A DNA stretch of 64,000 nucleotides from Patescibacteria group bacterium (GCA_041661425.1 JBAZUI010000001.1:8507-72506), one strand, 5' to 3'. Numbered from the stretch's first letter, positions 10,437 through 18,789 are shown. The notes: generated from the sequence alone by a model not told the origin. Numbers and translations are program-made.

Positions 10437-10462
10437 GTAGGGGCAGGTTACAGACTTGCCCT
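10437..10462 (+). repeat. GTAG-headed REP family B
   Basis: GTAG-GGGCAGGT-TACAG-ACTTGCCC; 19/21 nt identical to 43024-43044 inside the RAYT-like gene. Confidence 0.8.
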
Positions 10463-10477
10463 TTTGTTATTATCGAA

Positions 10478-10510
10478 CCCCTCCTTTTTAAGGAGGGGTA
10501 AGGGGTGGTT
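10478..10510 (+). repeat. REP-like palindrome family A, copy 3
   Basis: CCCCTCCTT-TTT-AAGGAGGGG-TAAGGGGTGGTT, near-identical to 3350-3382. Confidence 0.8.
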
Positions 10511-10530
10511 GTGTGAAAAACTGGCGATCA

Positions 10531-10564
10531 AAAGCCCTCGGCCGAGACGACGGCTGAGGGCGAG
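10531..10564 (-). repeat. 34-bp hairpin/terminator repeat, copy 1
   Basis: AAAGCCCTCGGCCGAGACGACGGCTGAGGGCGAG, identical to 11163-11196; hairpin followed by TTT on the minus strand. Confidence 0.9.
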
Positions 10565-10586
10565 CAGTCTTGCGAAGCAAAGAAAA

Positions 10587-11045
10587 TCAGGGCGCAGCCG
10601 GCATCGAGTCGATGACAGCTGTGGGAGCTGGTGGCTCCGTCGAGAGGTCGATCTGCTCGAACCCTCCACGTGGATCGCTCGGAGGCATGGGGACTGATGG
10701 GATCCCGCCGTCCACGATGATCTGGTTGATCCTCTTGGCGTTTTCACACATCATGGGATCGCCCCCGGGCGCGCACGCCTCGACGACGTCCTGCCTCGAG
10801 CGCTCGTGCGTTCGAGCCTCGATCTTGTCGAGCTCCTCGGACTCGATCTTGTCGGGATGGGCGAGGAGCCATTCAATCCTCGCTTCGTCTTCCTCCTCCG
10901 TTGGAGTTCGCGATCCCTCGACGGCCGTGCTCATGGTTTGGAAGAGGAGGTATGACGAAACGCCTCCCACACAGATTCCTCCGGTTGCGAGACAGAGGAG
11001 GAGGATGATCACGATCAGCAGAACACTGTGTTTTCTCTTTTCCAT
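10587..11045 (-). CDS. single-pass membrane/secreted hypothetical protein (SD-led cassette gene)
   Basis: TTGACA(11120-11115)-17-TAACAT, AGGAG SD, ATG 11045; N-terminal hydrophobic helix. Confidence 0.75.
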   Translation of the reverse strand: MEKRKHSVLLIVIILLLCLATGGICVGGVSSYLLFQTMSTAVEGSRTPTEEEDEARIEWLLAHPDKIESEELDKIEARTHERSRQDVVEACAPGGDPMMCENAKRINQIIVDGGIPSVPMPPSDPRGGFEQIDLSTEPPAPTAVIDSMPAAP

Positions 11046-11162
11046 TGATGACGACTCCTGACCTGGGTTAGCTACCAGAGATGTACGTATGATGTTAGAC
11101 AAGAAAAACAAATATGTCAATAGCTTTGTACAGACCTTGCCGATTAAGCCCTTAGAAACACG

Positions 11163-11196
11163 AAAGCCCTCGGCCGAGACGACGGCTGAGGGCGAG
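11163..11196 (-). repeat. 34-bp hairpin/terminator repeat, copy 2
   Basis: identical to 10531-10564. Confidence 0.9.
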
Positions 11197-11209
11197 AAGA
11201 CGAAGTAGA

Positions 11210-11353
11210 CTACCTGGCCTGGAAGTACCAGGTATGCAGATTCCCCGGGCTCGGGGAGTTAATGAGGCCACGCGACTGCAACGTGGCCACGAGAATCAAG
11301 AGCGCCAAGGCCATGAAGATCATGACCCCAATCGTACGCGGATTATCCGCCAT
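11210..11353 (-). CDS. 47-aa small membrane protein (SD-led cassette gene)
   Basis: TTGACA(11415-11410)-17-CATACT, GGAGG 5 nt before ATG 11353; MADNPRTIGVMIFMALALLILVATLQSR... Confidence 0.7.
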   Translation of the reverse strand: MADNPRTIGVMIFMALALLILVATLQSRGLINSPSPGNLHTWYFQAR

Positions 11354-11459
11354 CGGAGCCTCCATGGCTTTTAGTAGACGGCTATTAGTATGCTCCTTTT
11401 TGTCCTTTCTGTCAACCATTTCCATTCACAGGTGGTCGTGCTAAAATGCGGCTACCTCT

Positions 11460-12998
11460 ATGGTACATGAAGCAATTTATCGGAAATATCGCCCGCAAGT
11501 TTTTGCGGATATTGTGGGGCAGTCTCACATTCGAACCACGCTTGAAAATCAACTCAAAACAAATCGCGTGGCTCATGCCTATCTCTTTTCTGGTCCGCGA
11601 GGAATCGGAAAAACAACCTGTGCGCGATTACTTGCGAAAGCCGTGAATTGCGAGCAACGCAAAGAAGGAAGCTCGGAACCGTGCAATGCATGTGAAGCGT
11701 GTCAAAACTTTTTGGCCGGGCGATCACTCGATATCGTGGAAATCGATGCGGCAACTCATACGGGCGTTGAGAATGTCCGCGATACGATTATCGATGCTGT
11801 CCGTTTTGCTCCGGCCGCAGGAAAATTCAAGGTCTTCATCATCGATGAAGTCCACATGCTTTCAACATCATCATTTAATGCGTTATTAAAAACGCTCGAG
11901 GAACCACCGGCCTATGCCATTTTTATTCTCGCGACCACGGAAATGCAGAAGATTCCTGAGACAATTCTTTCACGGTGCCAACGATTTGATTTTCGTCGCA
12001 TGAGTCCGCAGGAGATGCTTGATCGTTTACACACGATCCTTACAGCCGAAGATGTCGAAATTGAAGAAGAAGTGTTGCGAGCAATTATCCGTGCTTCCGA
12101 AGGAGCTTTGCGTGATGCAGAAAGTCTTTTAGGACAAGTGCTCGCTCTTGGGGAAAAGAAAATCACCAAGGAACTCGCTTCGCTTGTGATTCCGGTTGGA
12201 TCGATTGAAACAACTTCACACATCATTGCGGCTCTTGTGATGGGTGATGAAAAAGCGGCAATGGAAACACTGATCTCGTTTCAGAATCAGGGTGGAATGC
12301 CAACACTTTTGCTCGATGAGATGATTGAATACGTTCGCATGATTCTATTTGAGCGCATTGGTGCGCCGCATGACGATCGTTATCCCGATGTCATCATGCA
12401 AGAAATTCGCGCTTTAGCAAAAACATTTAATGAAGAACAATGTCTTTCTCTTTTGAATCTGCTTCTTGATGCAAAAGCTCGACCAGCAACTGATCCATTT
12501 CCTTCACTCCCGCTTGAGCTCGCCATGGTTCTTTTTTGTACGCAAAAACCTCGATCGATTCCGGTGCCGGTGGTCGTCACAGCGCCTCCATGTGTTGAGG
12601 GGGCGGATCTCCTTAAAACAATTCCCATTCAAAAGGGAATGCCAGAGAAGAAAGCAGAACCGGTTGTGACGCCGGAAAAGAAAGCGAGTTTTACACTTGA
12701 AGAGGTTCAGAACAAATGGGGACGTTGTTGCGAGGCGGTTGGCGCGCGAAATATCGCGCTTCCCATGGCGCTCAATGAAGCACGTCCGGAATCGTTTGAT
12801 GTAGATGGGCGATTGTGTATTCGATTCGATCGGGAGTTTCATTTTGAAACGCTTAATAAGCCTGGGAATCTGAAGATTCTTACTGAGGCCATTGCGGAGG
12901 TGATGCAATCGCCGGTGGTAGTGATGCCGATTTTTACAAAGAAACCCGAAGGAGAAGTGAACGATTTAGCTCAACAATTCGGCGGGGAAGTGATGTAA
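11460..12998 (+). CDS. dnaX: DNA polymerase III subunit gamma/tau
   Basis: YRKYRPQ.F, GPRGIGKTT, Zn cysteines, IIDEVHML, NALLKTLEEPP, SRCQRF. Confidence 0.98.
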   Translation: MVHEAIYRKYRPQVFADIVGQSHIRTTLENQLKTNRVAHAYLFSGPRGIGKTTCARLLAKAVNCEQRKEGSSEPCNACEACQNFLAGRSLDIVEIDAATHTGVENVRDTIIDAVRFAPAAGKFKVFIIDEVHMLSTSSFNALLKTLEEPPAYAIFILATTEMQKIPETILSRCQRFDFRRMSPQEMLDRLHTILTAEDVEIEEEVLRAIIRASEGALRDAESLLGQVLALGEKKITKELASLVIPVGSIETTSHIIAALVMGDEKAAMETLISFQNQGGMPTLLLDEMIEYVRMILFERIGAPHDDRYPDVIMQEIRALAKTFNEEQCLSLLNLLLDAKARPATDPFPSLPLELAMVLFCTQKPRSIPVPVVVTAPPCVEGADLLKTIPIQKGMPEKKAEPVVTPEKKASFTLEEVQNKWGRCCEAVGARNIALPMALNEARPESFDVDGRLCIRFDREFHFETLNKPGNLKILTEAIAEVMQSPVVVMPIFTKKPEGEVNDLAQQFGGEVM

Positions 12999-13015
12999 TT
13001 GTTTTAATAAAATAG

Positions 13016-13055
13016 TGATGACAGAAGTGGTCCGATCGGACCACTTCTGTCATCA
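13016..13055. repeat. perfect 40-bp palindrome (family C, copy 2)
   Basis: TGATGACAGAAGTGGTCCGA|TCGGACCACTTCTGTCATCA is its own reverse complement. Confidence 0.95.
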
Positions 13056-13071
13056 GGGCGGTAACCGCGCG

Positions 13072-13100
13072 TTGACAGGTGCGCCTTTTTGGCGTATTAT
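13072..13100 (+). promoter_or_regulatory. sigma70 promoter
   Basis: TTGACA-17-TATTAT. Confidence 0.75.
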
Positions 13101-13124
13101 TTTCGGTCCTTTTCTAACGTTATC

Positions 13125-13168
13125 GATCGTTTCATAAATGGTCCGGTCGGACCTTTTGTGAAACGATC
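13125..13168. repeat. palindrome family C, copy 3 (in the 5' UTR)
   Basis: GATCGTTTCATAAATGGTCCGGTCGGACCTTTTGTGAAACGATC. Confidence 0.75.
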
Positions 13169-13201
13169 ACGCTCTTTCGTATTCTCATCCTGGAGGTTCC
13201 C

Positions 13202-14197
13202 ATGCTGTTCATTCTCCTTGTGGCTTGCGCGTCGCAGGTTGAGCAGGACTTCATGACTCATGACGAGGTTCTGCCTGAGGAGGAGGTTGTTGCGGAAAAA
13301 GTTTCACCGGTCCTCGCGACGATTCGACCTGAGGATGCGGCGCTCGCGGAAGCGCGACTCCTTGCGCAGAACTGTGACAACGAAGCCTTTCGGAAGGTGA
13401 CGTATCCGGATGATCCGTCGTCAACGTTCTGTCACTACATCGCGTACGCTCACTTGAGCGATCTCGAGGGTGAGTTCGATGTCTCGCAAGACATCGTCAA
13501 CCTCATCGATGTGAACTTCGAGTACATCGGGTACGAGGTGTATTGGACGACAATCGCACGCGAGAATGCGGGTTTTGCTGAGAACACTAATGTGCGATAC
13601 GTCGGTGTTCTCGAGTGGCTCTACACGCAATGGCAGGAGAAACTTGTTCAAGCGGGCCTTAAGGGAGGGGTCCGTTATAACAATCCCGCGCTCCTTCGCT
13701 CCTACCCTGCGGTTGTCACGAAATGCGAGGGCGACACGAGCTGGGGATGGACGGTTACGACTCTCAGCTACGTCGTGAGCGTGCTTCGCGGTCACCCGGG
13801 CGAGCATCACCTCTTGGACGAGAAGCTCGCCGCTGATGAGAAGATGTGGATGCGACGTGCGGCTGACACCTACCACATTGGCTGTATCGGTGACCGGGAC
13901 GAACGGAATTACGCGGAAGCGTACTTCTATTATTCCGAGGTCGGCGAAATGCCAATGGCTCGCAGGATCGCTCGCATGCAAGCCGAAGCCGGGCTTGCTC
14001 AATTGACGGGTCGAACGCCGTCATGCAACCGAGAATCCTGGTGTTCCTGGCGCCAAGGAGATCTCACCACATACATCATGTGGATGGAGAATGCGGGCAT
14101 GACGAAAGAGGAGCAATGGCTCGAGCTCAAAAAACTCGAAGCCAAACACCCGCCGCCCGAAGTCCTCGATCTCATCCGCTCTCACGAGCCGTCGTGA
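13202..14197 (+). CDS. putative lipoprotein, hypothetical (SD-led cassette gene)
   Basis: GGAGG at 13192-13196; short signal ending LLVAC; GC-rich codon usage; hairpin at 14211-14238 downstream. Confidence 0.8.
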   Translation: MLFILLVACASQVEQDFMTHDEVLPEEEVVAEKVSPVLATIRPEDAALAEARLLAQNCDNEAFRKVTYPDDPSSTFCHYIAYAHLSDLEGEFDVSQDIVNLIDVNFEYIGYEVYWTTIARENAGFAENTNVRYVGVLEWLYTQWQEKLVQAGLKGGVRYNNPALLRSYPAVVTKCEGDTSWGWTVTTLSYVVSVLRGHPGEHHLLDEKLAADEKMWMRRAADTYHIGCIGDRDERNYAEAYFYYSEVGEMPMARRIARMQAEAGLAQLTGRTPSCNRESWCSWRQGDLTTYIMWMENAGMTKEEQWLELKKLEAKHPPPEVLDLIRSHEPS

Positions 14198-14250
14198 CTC
14201 TGCCCTTCGTGGCCGTTCCTGCACCTGCGGGGACGGCCGCTGTATTTTAT

Positions 14251-14460
14251 ACAAAAAACTATGAATTGATATTCATGGTTTTTTTGTGGTTCCCGGACAG
14301 GGATTCCTCCTCATCCGTCGTTCGCGTGTTCCCTCGGAACAGGCTCACTCCTCCTTCAGAGCCGGGGTCGTCCAAAACGTAAAGTAGTTTACGTTTTGTC
14401 CGTACCCTTCGAATCCCTGTCGTAAATAAAATATCGCCAGCCGAAGCTGTCGATATTTCA
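14251..14460 (-). other. tRNA-Gln-associated structured element with duplicated tRNA 3' end
   Basis: 14287-14306 identical to tRNA 14461-14480; 14408-14421 is an inverted copy of 14470-14483; hairpins at both ends. Confidence 0.85.
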
Positions 14461-14534
14461 TGGTTCCCGGACAGGGATTCGAACCCCGATTCCCAGGACC
14501 AAAACCTGGTGTCCTGCCCTTAGACGATCCGGGA
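14461..14534 (-). tRNA. tRNA-Gln(TTG)
   Basis: cloverleaf TCCCGGA...CCAGG-TT-TTG-GT-CCTGG...GGTTCGAATCC...TCCGGGA-A-CCA. Confidence 0.97.
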
Positions 14535-14626
14535 TCAATGTGGCAAAAGAATACGAGAAAATAATTCTTTTGTCAATCCAATCAATCTGCTTGATTTTCC
14601 TTCACAAATCCGCTATCTTGAGCCTC

Positions 14627-15718
14627 ATGGAAACGAAAAAACAGCGCGTTTTGCTTGGGATGAGCGGCGGAGTCGATTCATCGGTTGCGGCTGTTTTATT
14701 ATTGGAGGCTGGCTATGTGGTGGTTGGCACCTTCATGAAGAATTGGAGCAATGGCACACAGAATTCAGAATGTGACTGGCGCGAGGAACGTCGCGATGCC
14801 ATGCGTGTGGCCGCTCAATTGGGAATCGAGCTTCACACGTTCGATTTTGAGAAGGAGTATCGCGCCGAAGTTTTTGAATACATGATTGCTGAGTATCGAT
14901 CCGGTCGGACTCCGAATCCCGATGTCTTGTGCAATAAATACATGAAGTTTGGTTACCTTCTCAATGAATCGAAAAAACTTGGTTGTGATTTTATCGCAAC
15001 CGGTCATTATGCACGTCTTCATCGCGATGCTCGCGGTGTGGCGCATCTTTTGGCGGGTGTGGATCCAGAAAAGGATCAAAGCTATTTTTTGTGCCAGCTC
15101 ACACAGGATCAACTCAAGCATTGTCTTTTTCCGATCGGCGATCTTCTGAAATCACGTGTGCGAGAAATTGCGCGTGCGCATGAACTTCCAGTAGCTGAAA
15201 AAAAAGATAGTCAGGGAATTTGTTTTATCGGTCAAGTTTCACTTTCAGATTTTTTGAAAACACGTATTCCACCGGTTCCTGGAAAGATTGTGACACCTGA
15301 TGGAACAATCCTCGGTAATCATCAGGGCTACGCGTACTACACCATTGGTCAGCGTGAAGGGTTGGGGATTGGCGGTGGCGAGCCTTATTTTGTCACGGAG
15401 ATTCGTCCGACGACGAATGAAGTTGTCGTTGCAAAGGAAGGAGATCCCGCGCTTTTTTCAAGTGGAGTTGAGGCGATTGGTGTTTCCGAGTCGATTCCCG
15501 GAATTCTAAAATCAAAAATTTCGTATCTTGCTCGCTTGCGATATCGTCAGCCACTCCTTGCGTGCACCATCGAATCGTTTGAGAATCAAAAGATGACGGT
15601 TCGATTTACGGAAGCACAACGTGCCGTGGCTCCGGGTCAATTCATCGCATTTTATGATCAGTCGGGTGAGGAATTGCTCGGATCCGCCATCATCGACAAA
15701 GCCCTTCATTTTGAGTAG
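14627..15718 (+). CDS. mnmA: tRNA 2-thiouridine(34) synthase MnmA
   Basis: MSGGVDSSV, TPNPDVLCN, ATGHYA, KDQSYFL, DSQGICF, PGQ. Confidence 0.98.
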   Translation: METKKQRVLLGMSGGVDSSVAAVLLLEAGYVVVGTFMKNWSNGTQNSECDWREERRDAMRVAAQLGIELHTFDFEKEYRAEVFEYMIAEYRSGRTPNPDVLCNKYMKFGYLLNESKKLGCDFIATGHYARLHRDARGVAHLLAGVDPEKDQSYFLCQLTQDQLKHCLFPIGDLLKSRVREIARAHELPVAEKKDSQGICFIGQVSLSDFLKTRIPPVPGKIVTPDGTILGNHQGYAYYTIGQREGLGIGGGEPYFVTEIRPTTNEVVVAKEGDPALFSSGVEAIGVSESIPGILKSKISYLARLRYRQPLLACTIESFENQKMTVRFTEAQRAVAPGQFIAFYDQSGEELLGSAIIDKALHFE

Positions 15719-15727
15719 GATATCGCT

Positions 15728-17527
15728 ATGGATCAAAATCGTATCCGAAATTTTTGCATCATTGCGCATATCGACCATGGGAAATCTACCTTGGCCGATC
15801 GTTTGATTGAAAAAACCGGCACGGTGCAAAAACGTGAGATGCAAAATCAAATACTTGATTCCATGGATCTGGAACGGGAACGTGGCATTACGATCAAGCT
15901 CACGCCTGTGCGCATGAAGTATACGAAGGATGGAAAAGAGTATGTGCTGAATCTCATTGATACGCCCGGGCATGTTGATTTTAATTACGAAGTGTCTCGT
16001 TCACTCGCGGCGGTTGAAGGAGCGGTGCTTCTTGTGGATGCCACACAGGGAGTACAGGCTCAAACCATTGGAAATCTTTATTTAGCGCTTGAGCAGGGTT
16101 TGGAAATCGTTCCGGTTCTCAATAAAATTGATTTGCCGGCCGCGGATATTTCCGCGCGCATGAAAGAATTGAAAAATTTGATCGGATGCCGCGAAGAGGA
16201 AATCCTCCAAGTGTCCGCAAAAACAGGAGAGCATGTGGAGGATGTGCTTGATGCCGTGATTGATCGCATTCCCTCGCCAAAGGGAAAAGAGGGCGCTCCG
16301 CTTCGCGCTTTGATTTTTGATTCGCACTACGATGATTATCGCGGGGTCGTGGCCTTTGTGAGAATTTTTGATGGGGCGCTTTCACGACTGGCGCATAGTC
16401 GCATGCTTGCGACAAAAGCCGAGACAGATATTCTTGAAGTAGGAGCTCTCAGGCCAAAATATGTGCCTGAGGATACGCTCACAACCGGTCAAATCGGTTA
16501 TGTGGTCACGGGGTTTAAAGATATTTCAGCTTGTCGCGTTGGCGATACGCTCACGCTTTCCGGCGCAACTATCGAACCGCTCGCCGGTTACCGGGAAGTT
16601 GTCCCAATGGTTTTTGCCGGAATTTTTCCCGAAGATGGTGGCACGTATTCGGCCCTTCGTGATGCCATGGAGAAATTGAAATTGAATGATGCTTCACTTT
16701 CGTATGAGCCGGAGCATTCACCTGCGCTTGGCTATGGATTCCGTTGTGGTCTCCTTGGACTTCTCCATCTTGAAATTCTCAAGGAACGACTGGAACGTGA
16801 ATTTGATTTGCAGTTAATTGTCACCACTCCTTCGGTGGCTTATCACATTCTCCGAAAAGGAAAAACAGAAATTGAAACCATCAAAAGTCCCATCGAACTT
16901 CCGGATCCTTCGCATCTTGAACGCATCGAGGAGCCGTGGGCACGTGTGGATATCATTTCGCCAACGGATTACATTGGCAATATCATGGCTTTTGTACAGG
17001 AACGTCGTGGGATTTATAAGACGACGGAATTTTTATCAGAAGGGCGAGCGATTTTGCGATACGAGATTCCGCTTTCCGCTCTCATTGTTGATTTTTACGA
17101 TCGTTTGAAGAGTTTGACAAGCGGATTTGGGTCCATGGATTACGAGGTTTTTGAATATCGATTGGCAGATATCGTGCGCCTAGAAATTCTCGTTGCCGAT
17201 GATCCGGTGGAGGCATTGGCGACATTTGCTTACCGTGATGAAGCGGAACGCGTTGGACGAAAAATCGTTGAAAGTCTCAAAACCTCCATTCCGAAACAGC
17301 AATTTGTAATTAAGCTTCAGGCGGCGATTGGGGGAAAAGTGGTGGCCGCTGATCGTCTTTCTGCCTTGCGAAAAGATGTGACGGCAAAACTTTACGGTGG
17401 AGATGTGACTCGAAAGAATAAGCTTCTCGAGAAGCAGAAGAAAGGGAAAAAGAAGATGCTCGAGATGGGGAAGGGAAAAGTCCGCATTCCAAGCGAGGCG
17501 TATCTCAAGGTTCTGAAACGTTCTTAA
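15728..17527 (+). CDS. lepA: elongation factor 4 LepA
   Basis: IAHIDHGKSTLADR, DTPGHVDF, RKDVTAKLYGGD. Confidence 0.99.
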   Translation: MDQNRIRNFCIIAHIDHGKSTLADRLIEKTGTVQKREMQNQILDSMDLERERGITIKLTPVRMKYTKDGKEYVLNLIDTPGHVDFNYEVSRSLAAVEGAVLLVDATQGVQAQTIGNLYLALEQGLEIVPVLNKIDLPAADISARMKELKNLIGCREEEILQVSAKTGEHVEDVLDAVIDRIPSPKGKEGAPLRALIFDSHYDDYRGVVAFVRIFDGALSRLAHSRMLATKAETDILEVGALRPKYVPEDTLTTGQIGYVVTGFKDISACRVGDTLTLSGATIEPLAGYREVVPMVFAGIFPEDGGTYSALRDAMEKLKLNDASLSYEPEHSPALGYGFRCGLLGLLHLEILKERLEREFDLQLIVTTPSVAYHILRKGKTEIETIKSPIELPDPSHLERIEEPWARVDIISPTDYIGNIMAFVQERRGIYKTTEFLSEGRAILRYEIPLSALIVDFYDRLKSLTSGFGSMDYEVFEYRLADIVRLEILVADDPVEALATFAYRDEAERVGRKIVESLKTSIPKQQFVIKLQAAIGGKVVAADRLSALRKDVTAKLYGGDVTRKNKLLEKQKKGKKKMLEMGKGKVRIPSEAYLKVLKRS

Positions 17528-17538
17528 GGGAGTCTTAT

Positions 17539-17615
17539 GTGGCGTTAGCTTAGCTGGATAAAGCGTCGGCCTCCGAAGCCGGAGATCAGAGGTTCAAATC
17601 CCCTACGCCACACCA
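17539..17615 (+). tRNA. tRNA-Arg(CCG)
   Basis: GTGGCGT...TCGGC-CT-CCG-AA-GCCGG...GGTTCAAATCC...ACGCCAC-A-CCA; one A-C mismatch in the T stem. Confidence 0.94.
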
Positions 17616-17680
17616 TTTATCTTGCATCAGAATCAAAAAAAGAAGAAAATAGAGAAAGCAAGAAATTTTACCAGCCGATT

Positions 17681-18682
17681 ATGTTGCCAAAACCTTCAAA
17701 GAATAGACCGTCCCGAAAAGTTATTGGCCTTTCTCTGTTTTTGGCTGGCTGTGATGGAATTCCAAATTGGATTCATCCGCTCGATGCCGAACAGCAGGAT
17801 TTGGTGGATGATTTCGTGATTCGTGAAAAGTTTGAACGGCCGATTGTAAAAGATTTTTTTCGCGCCGCCGATTTTTTATTATTTGATGCAAAGGGATCTT
17901 CTTCGACTAATCAAGTCATCGATGATGTTGAGACAGCCGGAGAAGATTTGAAATTTTTCCATGAAGATCATCGGATCTTCGCCTATACCGAAGAAGATGC
18001 AAAGCGAGAAACCGGAGATTGGACCGCATTTGAACGCCATCAACCTTTTTCAAAAGATTTTATTGCACTTAATGAGCGTTATCAAAATTTATGGTCCTCG
18101 GCGGTTTTGATGCATGAATCCGCTCATGGATTAACGCGAAAAGCCTCTCATTCCAAAACGATGTTAACGTGGCTCGATAACCATCCCGAGCCGGAGATGG
18201 ATGATGCGTTAGCGGAAATTACCATGCAAGAAAAAGATTTTCCTTTTCTTGTGATGGGATTCTACGATGCCATTGATCGAAAAGTCAGTGAGTTCAAGTG
18301 GAGAATTGATCAAAAATTTATTTCCCTTCGTGATGAAGTGGAACAAGGGACTCTGACGCCAAAAGAAGCCATCCATTATATCGAGTCCACGATGCAAGAA
18401 CCCGATTATCAGTTGAATCCTGTTGATGTCCGAGGGCATGCGGAGGATTGGGCAAGCGATTTTTATCGTCCCGACGATTCATTCGTGAATTTTTTGGAAC
18501 CTTTTGGAGTGACTCGCGAGGAATATTTTTACGTGATTGTGAATCACCCCGATGTGTTTAACTATCTTGAAGATTACTATTCCTTGCGGACCCAGGAGTT
18601 TCGCGCTGAATTTACCGAAGAAACTCGACGTGAGATGGCTGAGGAACGACGTCGATCAATCAAGAGCCGGCTCGTGCGCTAG
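17681..18682 (+). CDS. putative lipoprotein with HExxH zinc-metallopeptidase motif
   Basis: lipobox-like LFLAGC; VLMHESAHG. Confidence 0.65.
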   Translation: MLPKPSKNRPSRKVIGLSLFLAGCDGIPNWIHPLDAEQQDLVDDFVIREKFERPIVKDFFRAADFLLFDAKGSSSTNQVIDDVETAGEDLKFFHEDHRIFAYTEEDAKRETGDWTAFERHQPFSKDFIALNERYQNLWSSAVLMHESAHGLTRKASHSKTMLTWLDNHPEPEMDDALAEITMQEKDFPFLVMGFYDAIDRKVSEFKWRIDQKFISLRDEVEQGTLTPKEAIHYIESTMQEPDYQLNPVDVRGHAEDWASDFYRPDDSFVNFLEPFGVTREEYFYVIVNHPDVFNYLEDYYSLRTQEFRAEFTEETRREMAEERRRSIKSRLVR

Positions 18683-18698
18683 ATGATTATTTAAACCT

Positions 18699-18788
18699 AT
18701 GAACAAACCGACGAATCAATCACGTAGCCTTTGGGCAGTTGTCGCACTCATTTGTATTTTTACCATGGTGGTGGCCATGTTCTCATAA
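18699..18788 (+). CDS. 29-aa small membrane peptide
   Basis: MNKPTNQSRSLWAVVALICIFTMVVAMFS*; TATG start context like core genes; stop 1 nt before the recJ ATG. Confidence 0.5.
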   Translation: MNKPTNQSRSLWAVVALICIFTMVVAMFS

Positions 18789-18789
18789 C

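Noticed and set aside
10570-11061. 163-aa plus-strand ORF
   Set aside because: Antisense shadow of 10587-11045, which has the promoter, SD and terminator
13421-14002. 193-aa minus-strand ORF
   Set aside because: Shadow of the GC-rich gene 13202-14197; no start signals
14023-14382. 119-aa ORF across the tRNA-Gln element (also 60081-60308 and 60161-60400 at tRNA-Ala)
   Set aside because: They run through tRNA sequence, terminators and hairpins with no coding features
14287-14421. Intron-containing or split second tRNA gene
   Set aside because: No D-arm, anticodon arm or 5' acceptor strand accompanies the duplicated 3' end
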